A DNA stretch of 62,726 nt, filler included, from Squatina squatina (GCA_031763465.1; 3 parts of 3 records of this genome joined end to end with filler, not necessarily neighbours in it); one strand, 5' to 3'; counted from the first letter of the whole stretch, positions 12,929 through 25,736 are shown. A program made the numbers and translations. Notes: generated from the letters alone by a model not told the origin.

Positions 12929-13992
12929 CTACACACGGATTTCATCATCTTCATCCATGAAGGTAAAATCCTTATCTTCTTCATTCCCTTCCTCTCTGAA
13001 GGAGTCTCTGGATTCCACAATATTTTTCATACTGTCTACATCTTCATGAGTAACTCCCTCATAAACCGACCGCCTCTCTTCTGTAGTCCCAGATGCCAAA
13101 CTTGACACAGAGCCACTACCTTGTGATAAGCGATTCCCAGAACCTGGGCTGTATGCAACACTTTTAACATTACTTTGCAAGGTTGTTGTTGATACGGAGG
13201 GTCCTTCTACAAACTTCTCTGTGGCTACCTTTTGTGAATTAGAATAGNNNNNNNNNNATATCACCGAGCATCGAAGGACCAAGATCAACATGAAAGGACA
13301 TGATGGATTCAGCATGCTTTAGTGGAAAGCCACCACTCGAGAGAGATGTAGGAAGGTCTGTGATATCTCCAAAATCTTTCTCATCTTGATATTCTGTAGA
13401 TTTACTTTCAACTACATTGGCAGCCCCATTGGCAGGTTTATCTTCCATCTTTTCACCTGTAAGCTTCTTTAGGGGGCTTGATGAAAGGCTCTTTGCCAAT
13501 TGATTAGTTGGTTCCACAGTCTTATCATTGAGCTGAGGCAGAGACACTGCATTTTTCACAAAGATAGCGGAATCGCTTTGCGTCAGGGTTTCTTGCTTNN
13601 NNNNNNNNNNNNNNNNNNNNNNNNNNNNNNNNNNNNNNNNNNNNNNNNNNNNNNNNNNNNNNNNNNNNNNNNNNNNNNNNNNNNNNNNNNNNNNNNNNCG
13701 TCAGGGTTTCTTGCTTATCAACACGCGTTACTGACTGAGATCGCTTGCTGCTGCTTCTGAATTTCCGAGAGAGCAGACCTGGTTTAGGGGTTGCTTCAGC
13801 AGGAGCAGGAGCAGCAGCTCCAACCTTACTAGAAAGGAATGATGTGTCTCCAAAGACATCACCACCACGACCCACGTGCATAGTATGGCGGAAATCACCA
13901 AGAGGAGCACTGATCATATCTGCAGTCAAGTCTACACGGGAGCGACGTTTGGACTGATTGGAGCTGGCCACAAGCTGTTTCAGGATTGGCAT
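12929..13992 (-). CDS. CDC42EP4: CDC42 effector protein 4 (Borg4), single coding exon interrupted by two assembly gaps
   Basis: Starts MPILKQLV..KRRSRVDLTADMISAPLGDFRHTMHVGRGGDVFGDTSFL (CRIB motif), continues with KNAVSLPQLN (BH2) and LKHAESIMSFHVDLGPSMLGD (BH3), and ends FMDEDDEIRV*. N runs at 13248-13257 and 13599-13698. Confidence 0.95.
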
Positions 13993-14278
13993 CTTCCAAA
14001 TTTAAGGAATCACAACACAAGAATATATATATTAGAATTTTGAGACTTAAACCCTTGATAATCAAAAGATTCTGGTCTTCAGATATATTCCATAAAAGTC
14101 AAATGAATTCTTGATGTAGGTAAAAGCCAAGGCTCAGCCTTCGATCGAACCACAACGCTGAATCACCAAAACCAATTTCTGTGACAAAATTATTACAGTT
14201 CTCTAAGTGTCACATTATCTTCCATTGTAGCCATTCTTCACCAGTGCTTGCTTCAGTATTCCAATCTACTTGATGCAC
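13993..14278 (-). other. CDC42EP4: Probable 5' UTR part of the CDC42EP4 coding exon
   Basis: Splice acceptor ttttctgtctag|G immediately upstream of 14278; no gap between it and the ATG. Confidence 0.55.
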
Positions 14279-15789
14279 CTAGACAGAAAAANNNNNNNNN
14301 NNNNNNNNNNNNNNNNNNNNNNNNNNNNNNNNNNNNNNNNNNNNNNNNNNNNNNNNNNNNNNNNNNNNNNNNNNNNNNNNNNNNNNNNNNNAGAAAGTAG
14401 TTCTGCAACAAATGGAAAAGTTCATCCTATTGGTATGGTCTGGAATCAAACACAGATCTCAGAGATTAAAAAAAAGTGTGCCAACTCACCTTGCCACCTG
14501 TTACCTTTGTCCTATGAGTTTAACAAATTCTCTGCCAAGTCCCAACAGCATCGCCTTATCTGCTGGATGTTCCTGATTAGCCAATGCAAATGCAGGACTT
14601 TATACCAAACATTAATTACAAGCACATTCTCAATTTGGAGCATGATTTGAAACTCCTGACGTGAAAGTGACTTAGCCAAATGATCTATATATATATATTT
14701 GTTATTTATGTGTCTAAGGAAAATACTAAGACAGAACACACACTAAAAGGCAACACTTTGGTGATTTCTGACTCCCTAGAAGTCACTTGTACAAAGTAAA
14801 ATTTTGGTTTGGAAATAATCCCACCATTCGATGTGCAACACCACAAGCAAACAATTTAAACAAATTGTATTCTTCAAATTCTTATCAGTGTACTTTCTGC
14901 CAGCCTACAGATTAAGTTATATACTATTCAAAATATTTGATTTGAAAAAAAAAGCTTTCCTAGGTTCAGTGGTGATGCTGAGAGCACACTGGATGCCACT
15001 TCAGTCTTCCACCATCTCCAGAAAGTAACTTGACTGAGACAGTAAAGATGTAAATAGATTGGTTCAATTCCACACTCATCATCTACCCTGTGTTATTGAT
15101 GCATTTGTTTAGACAGTTTTTAATATTTAATTTGAAGCCTAATCTATGGCTAGATAATGTATAGTGTAAAAGATAGGCTATATGCTTACATTCTGTAAGG
15201 TAATGGCTGATTATTTTCTGATCAAATGTTTGGAGCTGACTGAAACAAGACACTAGCATTGGTGCCCATTCTTCCTTTGCAACAGACATAATTATATGCA
15301 TTTATTTTGCTTTTGTAAAGCAAGTGTAGAACGACAAATCAAATTACACCATAAACCCCAAGGACAAAAGTGCTGTTAACAACCACAATCTGAACTCTGA
15401 TATTCGATTACTTCCTTAAAGTCTCTCCAAATTAACTTGCAACTTTTTCTATGACTACTGCTTTACTATGTGTGATTACACAGTATGGGTGGTGGAGGGG
15501 GTTGCTGATTAATGTGGCTGTCAACTGTCATTGTGTCCCATCCTTTGATTCATGGCAATATTCACACTAAAAATGGATCGCTGTGATAATACATTGTATC
15601 ATATTTTAATGATGGAAGTCCCTACTTTAACAGGAAGGAGCAAGAGGAATACCTTAAAGATTTTTCCCATCAATCTAGATATACTTCAAAAAAAATGTAA
15701 AATAGCTGCTTTGAGAGAGTGTGTCAACGACTATTCAATCGTATGGGGCATCCAAATCATCGAGAATTCAACATTTTCCAGTAGGAGTC

Positions 15790-15960
15790 ACTGAGTAGCA
15801 GTGCTTGATTTTCCATTCTGTGTCATGGAACACTGAGGCCAATTGTAGTGTCCTACCATTGCCCCACTTGAAATCGACTGACTCAGCAGATACTCAGTAT
15901 TTCCTTCTCTGTATGGCTCACAAGCACACCATGCTCTGCAGTTAACCAAACTGGGAGTCT
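15790..15960 (-). mobile_element. Ancient tRNA-derived SINE fragment
   Basis: Minus strand GAGCCATACAGA..GCTGAGTCAG..CACTACAATTGGCCTCAGTG. Similar degraded copies at ~5590-5670 and ~61715-61860. Confidence 0.45.
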
Positions 15961-16422
15961 CATGTTCCAAGTTCCAACATCTTAATATCATTCCGCATGG
16001 GACTTCTTTTTTTGCAAGAAGCTGCTGCACTGGTATCAGTACTGAATAGCTCTACTGGAATTCCTGACATCAAAACTATCAAGATAGTGATCAAGGAGGC
16101 AACTGAGTTGGCATAGTTCAGTTCACCCAAAACTGCAGTGATAATGAATTTCAACAGCTAGACTGCCTCAGAGTGGCATTTCTTCTTTAAACTGAAAGCA
16201 TCTCCCAATGCACACACTCTACTTTACCAATTAAGTCCCTTCTTTTAAAAGGAATGCTTTATTTCTCCCACTATTAAATGTGATAGATTTGAGTTGAGAG
16301 CCCATATTGAAGGAGTTTTGTAAAAGGATAGCGTTACAAACAAAATCATCAGATTAAGGGCTAGAAATTCATCTCCTGTTGCGTCCTATTAGTGCCTCTG
16401 AGGGGTGCTAATGGGGCGTAAC

Positions 16423-16522
16423 NNNNNNNNNNNNNNNNNNNNNNNNNNNNNNNNNNNNNNNNNNNNTTAATTAATTAANNNNNNNNNNNNNNNNNNNNNN
16501 NNNNNNNNNNNNNNNNNNNNNN
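16423..16522. other. Artificial scaffold spacer: 44 N + TTAATTAATTAA + 44 N
   Basis: Exactly 100 nt. The 12-mer gives stops in all six frames, and an identical structure occurs at 42801-42900. Confidence 0.95.
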
Positions 16523-17999
16523 AGCTGACCCGCTTCAATCCCGCCCTCTCAGCCCCAGTAAAATTCTGGCCTCAAAGTGGGTCCTTCTAGTATGTATTGT
16601 CAAATGCTATATGGGATAGTGCCTTCATCTATTAAGCCATTCAGGGAGCTATCCTTGTCCCTTTTTGCTTTTTTTTTGGTCTCTGATTTTCATAACTGCA
16701 CATAAAGAACAATTCCTAGAATAGCATAAGCTATTTCTGGTAGTGTCAGTTTCCAACTGATGTCAGCAATTGAACAAGTACTGGAAATAAGATGTAGTAT
16801 TATATCCAGCAATACGTTTCTTCTTGTAGCTGGGATGAGCATTATTAGTCCCCTCAGCCATACTTACATAATATCAAAACTGCTTCTCAGACAGGAACTC
16901 GAAAATCTCCGCAAACTTGCAAAAACGCTTGACACCATTAACAATTCGATACCTCCAGCAATTTGAACATATATAATGCTAAATATACACTTTTTAACAA
17001 TGTATCGCTTGCAACCACAAAAGTATGTTTCTAATGTGGACAATTCCAGCAAACAAAACTTTTCAAATTCTGTTTAAGAACGTTATCTGATATTGAGGAA
17101 TGTTTTTAGTCCTTTAAATTAATCAATGGTATATTAAAAATATCCAGTATTTAGTCCACAAAATATAATTTTTATAATAATCAGAACCATTTTGTATTGA
17201 AATTATATTTAAATACCAGAATAAAATACACTACTTTTGTAAAACTTTATTTCAAATGGTAGTGTATTGTGAATTGCGAATGGGCAAAAAATATTTCTTA
17301 TTCTACTTTATAATGGCAAGCGTGAAAAGTATCTTGGAAATCATTTCAAATTATACTTTTTTCAGTATAAAAGGTGTAAATACTTCAAAAACGCGCAAAA
17401 TATCCCTCACTTAGAGTCGGTACACGATCCCCATGTATTAAAAAGTCAGATGGATATACTGCCTACACTGCAGCCCAGACATCTTGATAAATGACTGTAC
17501 CACCTAAATTAAATGCAAGAAAAATGCAAGCAAATGAAAGTGAGCTCAACCAGTAATGAAGCAGTACAAATAAAGGATGCAACCCCGATACAGAAATATA
17601 TCTGTCATCACAGTTTCATCCACCTTAAAGTCCTTTCCCCTGAACCTAAACAGCCCTGAAACGCTGGAAGGTATTGAGCACCCATCAATGGAGGAATAAA
17701 AACTGTGTGGAATACACTAATCTCGGGGAAAGCTGGTTAGACAAAATTCTTAATTCAAAAATATATTTTTTATTTGAACACATAATCCTACATTCATATT
17801 TTTTGAAATTCTCACTACTGAACAATTCAATTGCAATTGACGATTACAAACTGAAATTAACCGGTTTATTTAAAAAAACACCCTTATAATTGTGCAAATT
17901 GTGCAATGATACAAGTTATTGTAATAATGCAAAAGAAACCAACGTTTACTGACAGGATAAAATGTAAATAAACTTAATTGGCGTAATAAAGCAATCTCC

Positions 18000-18450
18000 T
18001 TGATGCAGAAGTCTCATCCGGACGCCGTTTCCATTTGCCATCTGTTGTACGATATGAAAGGTTAGACAGACCTGCACTGGTGCCTCGTGCCTCATTCTGC
18101 CAGAGTGTTAGCGGTCCCTCGGAGCCTGTGGAGAAACCGGAGCCGAACGAGCCGCTTCCCTCCCACTGTCACCCACTTTTGTATTGACACTGGCACTTGG
18201 CTGCGCCTGCGCCAACCTCGCTGCGCCCTCTGGAACCTGTAGTTGTTTGGCTTGGGACCAGCTCAGGACAATGGGAGAGAAGGGCCGAGTCGAGTGGACT
18301 ACAACTCCCGACATGCCCGGCGCCACCCACCATCGTGACAACGCTCGGCGTTGGCATAAACAGGGCTGGAAGCAATAGCTGCGAGCAACGACGCCTTGCA
18401 TCGTGTGGGCTGGATGCCTGCGACCAGCATTCAGGAAATGTTGCAAATTT
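18000..18450. promoter_or_regulatory. CpG-rich housekeeping-type promoter with ZNF143(Staf)/THAP11 and NRF1-like motifs
   Basis: ACTACAACTCCCGACATGCCC at 18298-18318, an inverted degenerate TGGAACCTGTAGT at 18231-18243 and TGCGCCTGCGC at 18202-18212. CpG is locally enriched against an AT-rich background. Confidence 0.7.
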
Positions 18451-20036
18451 TACAAACCCTCACTAAACCGGAAAGAAATATCTTGCTCCATATATCACAT
18501 TACTAGCGTTATTTTTATATATATTAAATTTGCTTGCATCCTTGCAAAATATTATGTTGAAATAAACATAACTGAAGTATGACAAATATCCTACACGCAC
18601 GCATGAGGAAATAACTGATCTTTAATAGCCGTTTCAAGTCTTTGCAGTGGGGACAAAGCAAGCGATCTGGTTGTTTTTCATGGAAACATATCTAGAACCC
18701 ACAAGACCACAGCCCTTTCTGATATTACGGAAATTCGGTCTTGAAGGAGGAAGCCCGTAAGTATTGTAAAACAATGCCTTACCTTTCCATAAAGCTCCAT
18801 TTATTCCCGCAAGTTCAGAAATTTGGATAAGATGATCTGCAGATCAAGAAAAGCAAAACGCTGGTGCTAGCGTCTTTAGTTGGCAATTTGCAGAGGGTTG
18901 TCTACAGATTCACATTTCAGTCCGTAGTTGCTGCCTCCATGTGTAAAAACCTCGATCTGCCGGCAGTGTAACCTGAACCTTTAACTATAGAGGCGAAAGC
19001 AAACGGGAACTCAACAATCGGCGTGTCCTCTACTGCTATGGATAACGCACGTCTATCGATTATTATAGATAGACATATCGATTATTACANNNNNNNNNNN
19101 NNNNNNNNNNNNNNNNNNNNNNNNNNNNNNNNNNNNNNNNNNNNNNNNNNNNNNNNNNNNNNNNNNNNNNNNNNNNNNNNNNNNNNNNNCAATTTATGTT
19201 AAGTATTGAGATCAGACCTTGAGATTAATGTTAGCATGTTTTGTAAAATGTGAAAAGTAAGCAATGTTGTGCATTATTATATTTTTAAATGCTTTTAACA
19301 GTAGCAAATTACATAGTTGAACAATTCCAGCGTGGGCTTGAAAAGATTAGTTTCCTAGATGAAATGACTGCTAATGGTTTTGGTGTTTCTGTGCTTTGTT
19401 GCAAAGCATATTATTGAGGCGTTTTGCTTTTGCTGAAATGCCCAAGGAAGTTGTCCTTTCATGCCAGGTTGAACTTTTCCTGGGCAATTAAGCCACAGAA
19501 CAAGCTATCATATAATATACTTCAAAGTTAAGTGAAGCTACACAGCAAATAACAAGCAAATCAATAGCTGAAGTGACACTTTATGAGCCAATGCTGTGCT
19601 GAATTTATGCAAATATCAAGAATCAAATGCCTTAAGAGGCCAAATCAGCGGTCCATTGAGGGAGCAAGTTTTGCAGCTGGCACAGTGCAGGGGCAGGGGG
19701 GAATTTTGAACTTCAAAGCAAAGAAGCGTCAATTATTTTGAGCCACAGCTCATTAACATTTGGCCAGCCAGGCCTACAATTATCGGGCCATTCTGGTCGG
19801 CAGAAAAAGGAGAGGGTGGTACGATCATGAAGATGGGCTCCTCCTGGCTCCCCACAAATAATATCAAACTTAACTTGGCTGGGCGTCTTCTGCTCTACAC
19901 CCCTGGAAATAATCGGAGCATGCAAGCTCACTGCATGTTGAAATGGGCCTACCACCTGAAACAGGCAGGTTTTTCAGACACCCAGCGGTAGGCCCCTTTC
20001 ACTTTTTTACCAGTTTAATATAGTACTGAACACATA

Positions 20037-20605
20037 TGGCTGAAATCTTTGCCTGAGCGTCGGGACAGGTGCATGCGGGCCACATAGCGGGTCGTCATCC
20101 CGAACTTTTCAACAGCGCGTTCTGCGCTTAACTCAATTACATCGATTGAAACAGCCCTGCGGATTTCCCAGCCCAATTAAATGGAGCAGGTCTGCTGACA
20201 TCACCGATGACTCATTTTCAGCAGCCTTGCACACATCACAGTTGAAGATTGTTGGAGGAGACATCAAGGTGGTTTGGAGATTGCTAGATATCACCGAGAT
20301 TTGTGTGGGTCATGGAGTCACACCAACAGAAGGCTACATCCAGATTCACTGATGACTCCCTGGAGGGAGTCAGAGAACACAGGGAGGTCCGGCTCCCTAG
20401 GGATGGGTGCAAAAGAGCAGCCAGAGACACCAAGAGATCACCCGCCTCTCCTGAACGAGTCTGTGGCATGCCTCGAGACGCGCCCGAGTTAAAGGCTGAA
20501 GTCAGCGGGATGACAGCAGGTTCCTGACACGCTGTCAATTTCCGCGCTTTTAACCGTCAATCTGTCCCCAAACCCATTTGCTCTCCAATGTGAAAATTCT
20601 GGCCA
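20037..20605. mobile_element. Non-autonomous Harbinger-like element (MITE)
   Basis: GC-rich insert with imperfect termini TGGCTGAAATCTT ... GAAAATTCTGGCCA, similar to other GG(G)C..AATTTT ends in the window. Confidence 0.5.
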
Positions 20606-21549
20606 CTGTATCTACAGAATGAGATGTGCAGTCATTAGACTAGAGTCATACGGGTCATTGAGTATCCCTCCGGGTCACATTAACATCAGGTCTTCATGTG
20701 TGTACTGAACCCTACTCCCCTGCTAGCTCATTTTTGATGGTAATGAAGAATGGGTGCAACTGTCCACCTTTTTCTAACATTTAGTACAAAGTCGTAAACG
20801 TTCCCAGGTAGTCCAATGAATTATCTAAGCACTTGTTTTAAAAAAGTAACTTTGCACTCAAAAACAAATTGGAGTCTCACGTCGCTTGGTTTGGGAGTTC
20901 GATTGGGGTTTGACTGCAGGGTTATACTCCTGAGTTATACCGCCACTTTCATGTTAACTCACTCCTGAAATCATGGTGCCTCAGAGCAAAAATGGCAGTA
21001 TAGCCATATCTTTAAAGTTAGACTCATCTGGTATTTTAGTAATATTGTAAACTGACTAAGTCTTGAAGGCAGGTTTGCCAGTCAAGACCTCCAGCTGTTT
21101 TAATGCTACGATATCAGAAGCAAGTATAGACCAACAATAAACCTTTAAGTGCCACTAAATTACAATACATATACTAGATAATAGCACTACACGTTATCTA
21201 ATACTGCACTTGTGTGCTTCAGAATGCTTNNNNNNNNNNNNNNNNNNNNNNNNNNNNNNNNNNNNNNNNNNNNNNNNNNNNNNNNNNNNNNNNNNNNNNN
21301 NNNNNNNNNNNNNNNNNNNNNNNNNNNNNAGTGCGATACCAGTAACGTCAACCCCAATTCCCTATTCACCAACAGTCCCACACTCCTTGCTTTCTCTCTG
21401 TCACTGACCATGTGATTGACCTCTTCCCCACAATGCATAAAAAAGCCAACACAAAATATACATTCCTTTCCAATACAAATTTATAAATTAAGTCATGCTA
21501 TATTGTATACAAAAATAAACTAATCACTCTTGTGCAAACCCATGTGTCT

Positions 21550-22553
21550 TTGCCTGTCCTACTGCTCGTACGCAGTGCTACCCCAGTGGCTACAACATGG
21601 CTGCTGATTTTCAGTGGCGAACACTGCAGGTGGCCTTAGAGGGCAACCTCGAGTAGCTCGGGTCCTAGAAGGCCTGGCTTCACACTGCACCATTTTTGCC
21701 TGAGATGCAGCAGTCTGGGCTGGCTGGTTGACAGGCAAGTGCACTGGCGGAGTGGCAGGGGTAGGAGCACGAATGCTGTCATCCTGAGAAAAGAAAGCAG
21801 GTACATACAGCATGGAGCTACTGCCACTCTGCCAGGATAGCACCTCAGTAATCCTAGTACACTGTTGGAGAACAGATTGCTGGAGTGCTGCGATGCCTTG
21901 GATGCCCCTTTGCACACTGATATCGCAAGCCATTATGGCAGCAGTCTGAGCATCCTTGGTAACAAGCTGAGCTTGCATGACAGCAGTCTGAGCTTCCACT
22001 GCAGCACTCAGACATTGGGCAGACAATGTCTGAGTGCTGCAATGGAAGCTGAGACATTGTCCATCAGATGCTGCACTGTGGTTGGCTCCACANNNNNNNN
22101 NNTTAACGGCTGCACAGGCCATTCAGAATTCTGTGCATGCATGATTTTTCTACTTAAAATATGGCTCACCGGCTGCGCGGGACCTGCTGCACAACTTAAT
22201 GGGAAGGTTGGTGGCCACCTGTTCCATGTTAGAAAGGATGGGCTGCAAGCTCTGCGTAAAGCCTTGTGCCAAGTTAGTGCTGGACTCCTCCATGCTCCTT
22301 GACATTTAATGCAGGCTTTCCAGTAGGTTTTCCAGTGCATCAGGCATTTGGGTGTGGACACCCACCAGCCTTTTTCTTTAGCCTGACCCATCTGAGTTCT
22401 CTACAACAGAACTAATGTGCAACCTCACCCTGTGGCGAGCCAGCACCTGCTTTCTCATTTCCCCCAGCCCTGGCAGATCCCGCCTCTATGATATCCTCTA
22501 AATTAGGCACAGTGTCAATATCTGAGCTGGTGGCTGCAACTGTGAAATCGAGT
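21550..22553 (-). mobile_element. Degenerate Harbinger second-ORF (Myb/SANT-protein C-terminal) region, putative
   Basis: Frameshifted A/Q-rich coiled-coil-like ORFs with no splice context, similar in character to 33200-34330. Family assignment is inference. Confidence 0.4.
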
Positions 22554-22653
22554 NNNNNNNNNNNNNNNNNNNNNNNNNNNNNNNNNNNNNNNNNNNNNNN
22601 NNNNNNNNNNNNNNNNNNNNNNNNNNNNNNNNNNNNNNNNNNNNNNNNNNNNN

Positions 22654-22682
22654 ACATCCTGTTGGAACACTGCAGCAGAAGA
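22654..22682 (+). CDS. PLK2: PLK2 exon, 3' part only (5' end lost in gap)
   Basis: (Y)ILLEHCSRR followed by a gtaagc donor; kinase hinge region. Confidence 0.85.
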
Positions 22683-22788
22683 GTAAGCATTCATCCTGTC
22701 TCCTTTCATACAAATCTTGCACTGCAATCGCTACGTGTTTTTTTTAAGAGGCACAATGATTCATTTTTCCTTTTTTATTTAATTCTAG

Positions 22789-22947
<159 letters not shown>

Positions 22948-23083
22948 TAATTAATTTGTATAACAAATAAATGGAGAAACCTAGATTTTAAATTGCACTA
23001 TAATAAAGAATTAATGTACTGATATTGCAGCTTAATCCAGGAAAAGAATCACCTGGAAGATGTAGTTGTTAATGCTATTTTAA

Positions 23084-23191
<108 letters not shown>

Positions 23192-23223
23192 TAAGGAATC
23201 AGGATATATCAAAGTCTTAATAA

Positions 23224-23370
<147 letters not shown>

Positions 23371-23760
23371 TAAGTATTGNNNNNNNNNNNNNNNNNNNNN
23401 NNNNNNNNNNNNNNNNNNNNNNNNNNNNNNNNNNNNNNNNNNNNNNNNNNNNNNNNNNNNNNNNNNNNNNNNNNNNNNNAGTATTGCACATCAAAGGCTT
23501 TTGTTTGGTATGCTTGCACCCTTTAAGCACTGAGTACATTTTCATCTTTCTGTATTAAATGTGAGCTGCCTCACGATCCTCTGTACATCCATTTTAAATG
23601 GATGGAAAATAAAAGGCATTGTCCAATTATCTGTGCTCCTGAAACAGGTATCTGCTCCAGCAATACTAAAGATGAAAATGAATACTAGTGTGATTTATTT
23701 ATAATCCACTTGCTGTCTACTTATTTCATGTCTGAGCTCTACTATGGCGACACTGACTAA

Positions 23761-23996
<236 letters not shown>

Positions 23997-24098
23997 GTTT
24001 GTTGTGGTCTTTAACTTTTTGCCCTTTTCTCCTTTCTTTTCCCCCCACCCACCCGGTGGCAAGTATACACCAATCTAAACTTTGGTCTTGTATTGCAG

Positions 24099-24246
24099 GG
24101 ATTTACACCTGAGAGATTGTCACAGACCTGCTGCCACTATGCACCAGATTTTCACTTGTCCAGCCCTGCCAAGAACTTTTTCAAAAAGGCAGCTGCAGCT
24201 CTGTTTGGTGGAAAGAAGGACAAAGCAAAGTTTTTGGACAATCACA
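24099..24246 (+). CDS. PLK2: PLK2 exon
   Basis: [49 protein letters not shown], diagnostic for PLK2; 148 nt. Confidence 0.96.
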
Positions 24247-24444
24247 GTAAGTATATATTGTGGCTAAATCTAATGTTTTAGCTCTGATTGGCTGCAGTAA
24301 ACATAATGGCCATATGTAATGGACTATGACTACAGATCAAATAAATAGTGTCTTCTAGTTTGGAGAAGATACTGGAGAAATTCTATCTTTAACTTGGTTG
24401 AACAAATGCTTTTGTACAGTAAGTATTCTTTTTTTCTTAAACAG

Positions 24445-24545
24445 ACAAACTAGGAAAGGATGATGCTGATGAAATATACAAGCTGAAGAATGATTTGAAG
24501 AAAATCTCATTAAGCAACCAACTGAACAAAAGCCGGTCCGATGAG
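24445..24545 (+). CDS. PLK2: PLK2 linker exon
   Basis: KLGKDDADEIYKLKNDLKKISLSNQLNKSRSDE, compare human EDEDIYKLRHDLKK..HRTDE; acag/gtaagt boundaries. Confidence 0.9.
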
Positions 24546-24765
24546 GTAAGTTGATCTCTAAATTCACCAATTTGTGAATATTGTATCTTGCACCAAGTAT
24601 TAAAATTGGCTGATGGGCCAAGGTGTAATGTGCAGGACATGACCAAGATTGAAAGGAGTAGAAGAGAAGAAGAGGAAGTGAATGGGAAAGTGCGTGCTAA
24701 GTACCACCAATCTACTCTAGCAACTGTGCGAGGATGAAAAGAGGTAAGGAGTCCAACTGTACCAA

Positions 24766-24935
24766 GGGTACGGTAGTGTAGTGGTTATGTTACTGAAGTA
24801 GTAATCTAAGGGCTTGAGTTTTAATCCCACCAATGCAGACTGAAATGAACATGAAGCTGTCAGATTGTTGTAAAAACTTAACTTGTTCACTAATGTCTTT
24901 TAGGAAAGGAAACCTGGCGTCTTTACCTGGTCCGG
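24766..24935 (+). mobile_element. tRNA-derived SINE 5' part
   Basis: GGTAGTGTAGTGGTTATGTTACT..GAGTTTTAATCCCACC..TTCACTAATGTCTTTTAGGAAAGGAAACCTG; same family as 38403-38792. Confidence 0.65.
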
Positions 24936-25231
24936 CATAATCTCCGAATAAGGGCTCGCCCGTTTAAGGCAGAGATGAGGAGGAATTTCTTCTCTCTGAG
25001 GGTTGTAAATCTTTGGAATTCTTTACCCCAGAGAGCTGTGGAGGCTGAGTCATTGAATATGTTCAAGGCTGAGATTGACAGATTTTTGATCAGCAAGGGA
25101 GTCAAGGGTTATGGGGAACAGGCAGGAAAGTGGAATTGAGGCCAGAATCAGATCAGCCATGATCTCATTGAATGACGGAGCAGGCTCGAAGGGCCGAATG
25201 GCCTACTCCTGCTCCTATTTCTTATGTTCTT
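24936..25231 (+). mobile_element. CR1 LINE 3' end inside a PLK2 intron
   Basis: RPFKAEMRRNFFSLRVVNLWNSLPQRAVEAESLNMFKAEIDRFLISKGVKGYGEQAGKWN*, followed by the tail GGCCGAATGGCCTACTCCTGCTCCTATTTCTTATG. Confidence 0.9.
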
Positions 25232-25736
25232 TTCTACATTGGAGGTAGGGGGTGGGGTGCATCTTTCACCTGCTCTGTTCTACATCAAGAGGATGTGCCT
25301 GGGGAGCTCCCAGGCTTCCCCTGGAAATAAATCCCTTAAAAGATCTTGGCAGAACTTACAACAACTGAAAGCTGGTGTGAGAACTGCTGAGACCCCCAGG
25401 ATAAGCCCTAGAAACTCCAGGGAGGAAGGGGAGTGATTGCCTTTTTTAAATGGTGCATAGCCTCCTTTGGAACTAAAGACCTTTNNNNNNNNNNNNNNNN
25501 NNNNNNNNNNNNNNNNNNNNNNNNNNNNNNNNNNNNNNNNNNNNNNNNNNNNNNNNNNNNNNNNNNNNNNNNNNNNNNNNNNNNAATCCAGTCCAATAAG
25601 TTTTTTTTTTAATCTGATGTGTATATAATGGTGATATAGAATTGTAACCATTATAAATTTCATTTTAAAGTCTATTTTAAACTGTTTAGCTGTATTTGCT
25701 GTACAAATTGCCATAATGCCTTTTGTATATTTCCAG

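Noticed and set aside
16467-16478. TTAATTAATTAA as a biological element (piggyBac TTAA sites or a homeobox motif)
   Set aside because: It sits exactly centred in N runs and recurs with identical geometry at 42845-42856, so it is a synthetic linker.
17530-17611. C/D box snoRNA in the intron of the unidentified transcript (minus-strand GTGATGA)
   Set aside because: No CTGA D box or terminal stem at a suitable distance.
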